This document shows, in pieces, positions 36,436 to 39,637 of a stretch of 39,637 bases of DNA; the first letter of the stretch is position 1; every line of letters begins with the position of its first letter. Under the pieces are notes generated by a model, which ran no database searches, was not told the DNA's origin, and saw only the letters and a program-made list of their open reading frames with translations. Source of the DNA: Coriobacteriia bacterium (lineage in GTDB: Bacteria > Actinomycetota > Coriobacteriia > Anaerosomatales > SLCP01); contig SLCP01000201.1 of the NCBI GenBank assembly GCA_007125735.1, positions 1-39,637 on the forward strand, in the 5' to 3' direction. The position numbers and the translations under genes were made by a program.

Positions 36436-37236
36436 ATGAGTGCCATGCCTGACAAAGGTGCATCGGTCGACGCGGGGTGCGATGAGGCCCGCACCGTGCT
36501 CGAGGCGCGCGCGGTGTCCAAGTGCTACCACCTCGGCGAGGTGGAGGTGCATGCGTTGCGCGGTGTCGACCTTTCGATCTGCGAGGGGCAGATGCTCTCC
36601 ATCATGGGGCCTTCGGGGTCGGGCAAGTCGACCCTGATGCACATCATCGGCCTGCTCGACCGTCCCTCGAACGGGAGCGTCGTCGTGGAGGGCGAAGAGG
36701 TCTCTCGCATGGCGCCTAACGAGCTCGCCGCCGTGCGCAACAGGCGGATCGGATTCGTCTTCCAATCATTCAACCTGCTCAGCCGCACCACTGCGCTCGC
36801 CAACGTCGAGCTGCCCCTCGTCTATGCGGGCGTCGCAGGCGCCGAGCGTACCCGCAGAGCCCAGGAGGCGCTCGAGCGCGTGGGCTTGGCGGACCGGATC
36901 GGCCACCTCCCCAACCAACTTTCCGGCGGTCAGCAGCAGCGCGTCGCCATCGCTCGCGCGCTCGTGACCGACCCGTCGATCGTGCTCGCCGATGAGCCCA
37001 CCGGCAACCTCGACTCGGCCTCGGGTATCGAGGTCATGAAGATCCTGCAGGAGCTCAACGAGCACGGCATCACCGTGGTCATCGTCACACACGACGACGA
37101 GGTCGCCCGCCACTCCCAGCGGATCGTGCACATTCGAGACGGCCGCATCGTCCGTGATGAAGCAGTCGCCGTGCGGATCCTCGCCGCAGAACGGGAGCGG
37201 CCCCTGGTAGACGAGGCGGAGGGCGTCGGGCTATGA
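36436..37236 (+). CDS. ABC transporter ATP-binding protein (MacB/LolD/FtsE-like)
   Basis: Walker A GPSGSGKSTLMHIIG, Q-loop, signature LSGGQQQRVAIARAL and Walker B IVLADEPTGNLD. Alternative starts are GTG at 36415 and ATG at 36445. Confidence 0.9.
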   Translation: MSAMPDKGASVDAGCDEARTVLEARAVSKCYHLGEVEVHALRGVDLSICEGQMLSIMGPSGSGKSTLMHIIGLLDRPSNGSVVVEGEEVSRMAPNELAAVRNRRIGFVFQSFNLLSRTTALANVELPLVYAGVAGAERTRRAQEALERVGLADRIGHLPNQLSGGQQQRVAIARALVTDPSIVLADEPTGNLDSASGIEVMKILQELNEHGITVVIVTHDDEVARHSQRIVHIRDGRIVRDEAVAVRILAAERERPLVDEAEGVGL

Positions 37237-38423
37237 ACGTGCTCGAGAGCTTCCGCATCGCGCTGCGCGCGCTCGGTGCCAACAAGGTGCGCAGCGCGCT
37301 CACCATGCTCGGCGTCATCATCGGCGTGGCGGCGGTCATCTTGCTCGTGGCCATCGGCAGCGGCGTGCAAGACGAGATCACCGGCTCGATTGAGGGCCTC
37401 GGCTCCAACCTCATGTTCGTCTTCGCAGGCAACTTCGAGGACGGGGGCGGCCCGGGCGGCGGCATCTCGATCCGGCGCCAGTTCACGCTCGACGACGCCG
37501 ATCTCGTCCAGCGACGTCTCGACTCACGCCACATCGTTGTACCGATCGTGCAAGGTCCGGCCACGCTGAGGGTCGGTAACCGCACGATGCGCACGACGAT
37601 CGCGGCGGGCAACGAGTTCTCCGACACCGTCTTCACCGCCGATTACGCCGGTGGCCGAGGATACCGGCGCAGCGAGGTGGTGGCGGCGTCCCGCGTCGTC
37701 ATCATCGGATCGAGCGTGCGCGACCGCCTCTTCCCGAACCAGGACCCGGTCGGGCGCACGCTCACCGTGAGCGGCCAGCGCTTCACGGTCATCGGCCACG
37801 TCGTCGCGCAGGGCGGCTCGCTCACCGGAGACCAGGACAATCAGATCTACATGCCGGTCACGACCGCGCAACGCCTGCTCGGTACGACCGACATCTCCTC
37901 GATCGTGGTCAAGGCGGAGACCGCCGACGAGGTGGACGCCGTCAAACGCCAAGTGGAGTCGATCATGCGACCGGCGTTCGGCGACGAGTTCACGGTGTTC
38001 ACGCAAGACCAGACGCTCGGGCTGTTCCAGGCGATCCTCGGGACGCTCACGTTCATGCTCGCGGGCATCGCCGGTATCTCGCTGCTCGTGGGAGGTATCG
38101 GCATCATGAACATCATGCTCGTGAGCGTGAGCGAGCGCACACGCGAGATCGGTATCCGCAAGGCGGTCGGAGCTCGCACCTACGACATCATGAGCCAGTT
38201 CGTGATCGAGGCGGTCTCGCTGTCGGTCGTGGGCGGGGCGATCGGGATCGCTCTCGGAGCTGCGGGCGCCGCGATACTGCAGCAGTGGGTGCCGACGGAG
38301 GTCACGGTGTGGGCGGTCGGGCTCGCCTTCACGTTCTCGGCGGCGGTGGGTATCTTCTTCGGCGTGTACCCGGCGTACAAGGCCTCGCGGCTCGACCCGA
38401 TCGAGGCGCTCCGCTACGAGTAG
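37233..38423 (+). CDS. ABC transporter permease, MacB-type (MacB periplasmic domain plus FtsX)
   Basis: N-terminal LRALGANKVRSALTMLGVIIGVAAVI and C-terminal RTREIGIRKAVGA...YPAYKASRLDPIEALRYE. ATGA overlap with the ATPase gene. Confidence 0.9.
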   Translation: MNVLESFRIALRALGANKVRSALTMLGVIIGVAAVILLVAIGSGVQDEITGSIEGLGSNLMFVFAGNFEDGGGPGGGISIRRQFTLDDADLVQRRLDSRHIVVPIVQGPATLRVGNRTMRTTIAAGNEFSDTVFTADYAGGRGYRRSEVVAASRVVIIGSSVRDRLFPNQDPVGRTLTVSGQRFTVIGHVVAQGGSLTGDQDNQIYMPVTTAQRLLGTTDISSIVVKAETADEVDAVKRQVESIMRPAFGDEFTVFTQDQTLGLFQAILGTLTFMLAGIAGISLLVGGIGIMNIMLVSVSERTREIGIRKAVGARTYDIMSQFVIEAVSLSVVGGAIGIALGAAGAAILQQWVPTEVTVWAVGLAFTFSAAVGIFFGVYPAYKASRLDPIEALRYE

Positions 38424-38458
38424 CGGCAGGTGAGTCGGGCGGCTGCGTAAGCGGCGCC

Positions 38459-38953
38459 CTACGACTGGAAGTCGCTCGGATCGACGTGGTCGAGGAACGC
38501 CCGGAACCGTTCGACCTCGTCCTCTTCGTCCTCCTCGGTCACCTCGATGACCGCTGCCTCCTCGAGGACCTGCTCGGAGAGGTAGATCGGCGAGCCGGTG
38601 CGCACCGCGAGCGCGATCGAATCGCTCGGCCGAGCGTCGATCTCTCGCTCGGCGCCCCCCTCGTCGGTCACGATGAGATTGGCGTAGAACGTCCCGCCCT
38701 CGATGCGCGTGATCTCGACGCGCGAGAGGGTCGCGCCCATCTGCCCGATGACGCTCGCGAGCAGGTCGTGTGTCATCGGGCGCGGGGGAGCGATGCCTTG
38801 CAGCGCGAGAAGGATCGCGGTGGCCTCGGCCTGGCCGATCCAGATGGGTACGAGGCGGCCCTCAGCGTGCGACTCGTCGACCGGGCGCAAGATGATGACC
38901 GGCTGGTTCGACACCGAGTCGACGCTCAGGCTCGCTATGCGGACGTGCACCAC
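38459..38953 (-). CDS. Bifunctional nuclease (BFN/DUF151) family protein
   Basis: PVIILRP...LVPIWIGQAEATAILLALQG...PRPMTHDLL...EIDARPSDSIALAVRTGSPIY is the BFN-domain pattern. GTG start with GGGAGG 8 nt upstream. Confidence 0.85.
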   Translation of the reverse strand: MVHVRIASLSVDSVSNQPVIILRPVDESHAEGRLVPIWIGQAEATAILLALQGIAPPRPMTHDLLASVIGQMGATLSRVEITRIEGGTFYANLIVTDEGGAEREIDARPSDSIALAVRTGSPIYLSEQVLEEAAVIEVTEEDEEDEVERFRAFLDHVDPSDFQS

Positions 38954-39050
38954 CTCATCGACCTCCCGTGTGGACCCTGGGCTTCTCTACACTACCTTCC
39001 ACTATGATACGACAGGGAATCGGAGGCCGCGCAGCACGAGGGGAGGGGTC

Positions 39051-39461
39051 ATGACCGACAACGGAACACGCGTGATCGAGGTGCGCACCTCGGCGCGGGA
39101 GACGCTCGTGGACGTCACGCGCGACGTCGCGGAGGAGGTCGCACGCTCGGGGGTGGCCGAGGGACTCGCGCACGTGTGGTGCCCGCACACGACGGCGGGG
39201 ATCACCGTGAACGAGGCGGCCGACCCGGATGTGGCCGCAGACATCGTCACCGCTCTACGCCGCCTCGTGCCGCCCGATGGCGGCTTCCGGCACCGCGAGG
39301 GCAACGCCGACGCCCACGTCGAGGCGTCGCTCGTGGGGAGCGCTGCGCTCGTGCCCGTGAGCGGCGGGCGGCTTGCTCTCGGGACGTGGCAGGGGGTGTT
39401 CTTCTGCGAGTTCGACGGGCCGAGGACACGGCGCGTGGAGGTCAGGCTTCTCGGAAGGTGA
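39051..39461 (+). CDS. YjbQ/UPF0047 family protein (secondary thiamine-phosphate synthase-like)
   Basis: LAHVWCPHTTAGITVNEAADPDV...HREGNADAHVEASLVGSA...LGTWQGVFFCEFDGPRTR. ATG at 39051 with a GAGGGGAGGGG SD. Confidence 0.9.
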   Translation: MTDNGTRVIEVRTSARETLVDVTRDVAEEVARSGVAEGLAHVWCPHTTAGITVNEAADPDVAADIVTALRRLVPPDGGFRHREGNADAHVEASLVGSAALVPVSGGRLALGTWQGVFFCEFDGPRTRRVEVRLLGR

Positions 39462-39501
39462 GAGCACGCGCCTGACCAGGGGTTGTGTGCTGGTTGTGCG
39501 C

Positions 39502-39530
39502 TTGACCGTCGCCCGGATGTCGGATATGGT
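39502..39530 (+). promoter_or_regulatory. Promoter for tRNA-Ile
   Basis: -35 TTGACC (39502-39507), a 17-nt spacer and -10 TATGGT (39525-39530), 30 nt before the tRNA 5' end. Confidence 0.6.
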
Positions 39531-39559
39531 ACGGGGGCGTTTCGCCCGCTCCAGGGCGA

Positions 39560-39636
39560 GGGCCCGTAGCTCAGTTGGTTAGAGCGCACGGCTGATAACC
39601 GTGAGGTCAGTGGTTCGAATCCACTCGGGCCCACCA
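39560..39636 (+). tRNA. tRNA-Ile (anticodon GAU), CCA encoded
   Basis: Cloverleaf folded by hand. Acceptor GGGCCCG/CGGGCCC, D stem GCTC/GAGC, anticodon stem CACGG/CCGTG with loop CT-GAT-AA, T stem AGTGG/CCACT with loop TTCGAAT, then discriminator A and CCA. Confidence 0.95.
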
Positions 39637-39637
39637 A

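Overview
This 39.6-kb window is the replication-origin neighbourhood of a high-GC monoderm chromosome. It is most likely an anaerobic member of the Actinomycetota; Coriobacteriia-like is my guess and cannot be verified here. Gene orientation flips at about 23.0 kb. To the left, on the minus strand, run rpmH-rnpA-yidD-yidC-jag, then rsmG-parA-parB-ytxH, then an AddB/AddA-type helicase-nuclease pair. To the right, on the plus strand, run a GHKL-ATPase/winged-helix ORF, dnaA, dnaN, recF, a DUF721 (DciA-like) gene, gyrB, a small membrane-protein gene, gyrA, a HAD hydrolase and a MacAB-like adaptor/ATPase/permease triplet. The right end holds a bifunctional-nuclease gene, a YjbQ-family gene and tRNA-Ile(GAU). 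The far left carries feoAB, an orphan sensor kinase, ddl, an MFS exporter coupled to a Pro/Glu-rich membrane protein, an HtrA protease, a membrane-anchored multihaem cytochrome c, a reverse rubrerythrin and rlmN. Non-coding signals: three perfect plus several degenerate DnaA boxes in two clusters (rpmH side and dnaA-dnaN spacer); a DnaA-trio-like/AT-rich unwinding candidate just upstream of dnaN; two parS sites upstream of rsmG; near-consensus rpmH and tRNA promoters; and a perfect 12-bp-stem palindrome in the gyrB leader. I saw no CRISPR, IS element, integrase or prophage signal. The most unusual points are: the ATPase-wHTH gene wedged into the rpmH-dnaA gap and apparently co-transcribed with dnaA; a membrane-protein gene embedded between gyrB and gyrA; a dnaN gene with strongly A/T-shifted third codon positions; a multihaem cytochrome with one CxCH site; and 4-Cys signatures in both helicase-nuclease subunits. 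All protein calls rest on motif recognition by eye, with no database search.
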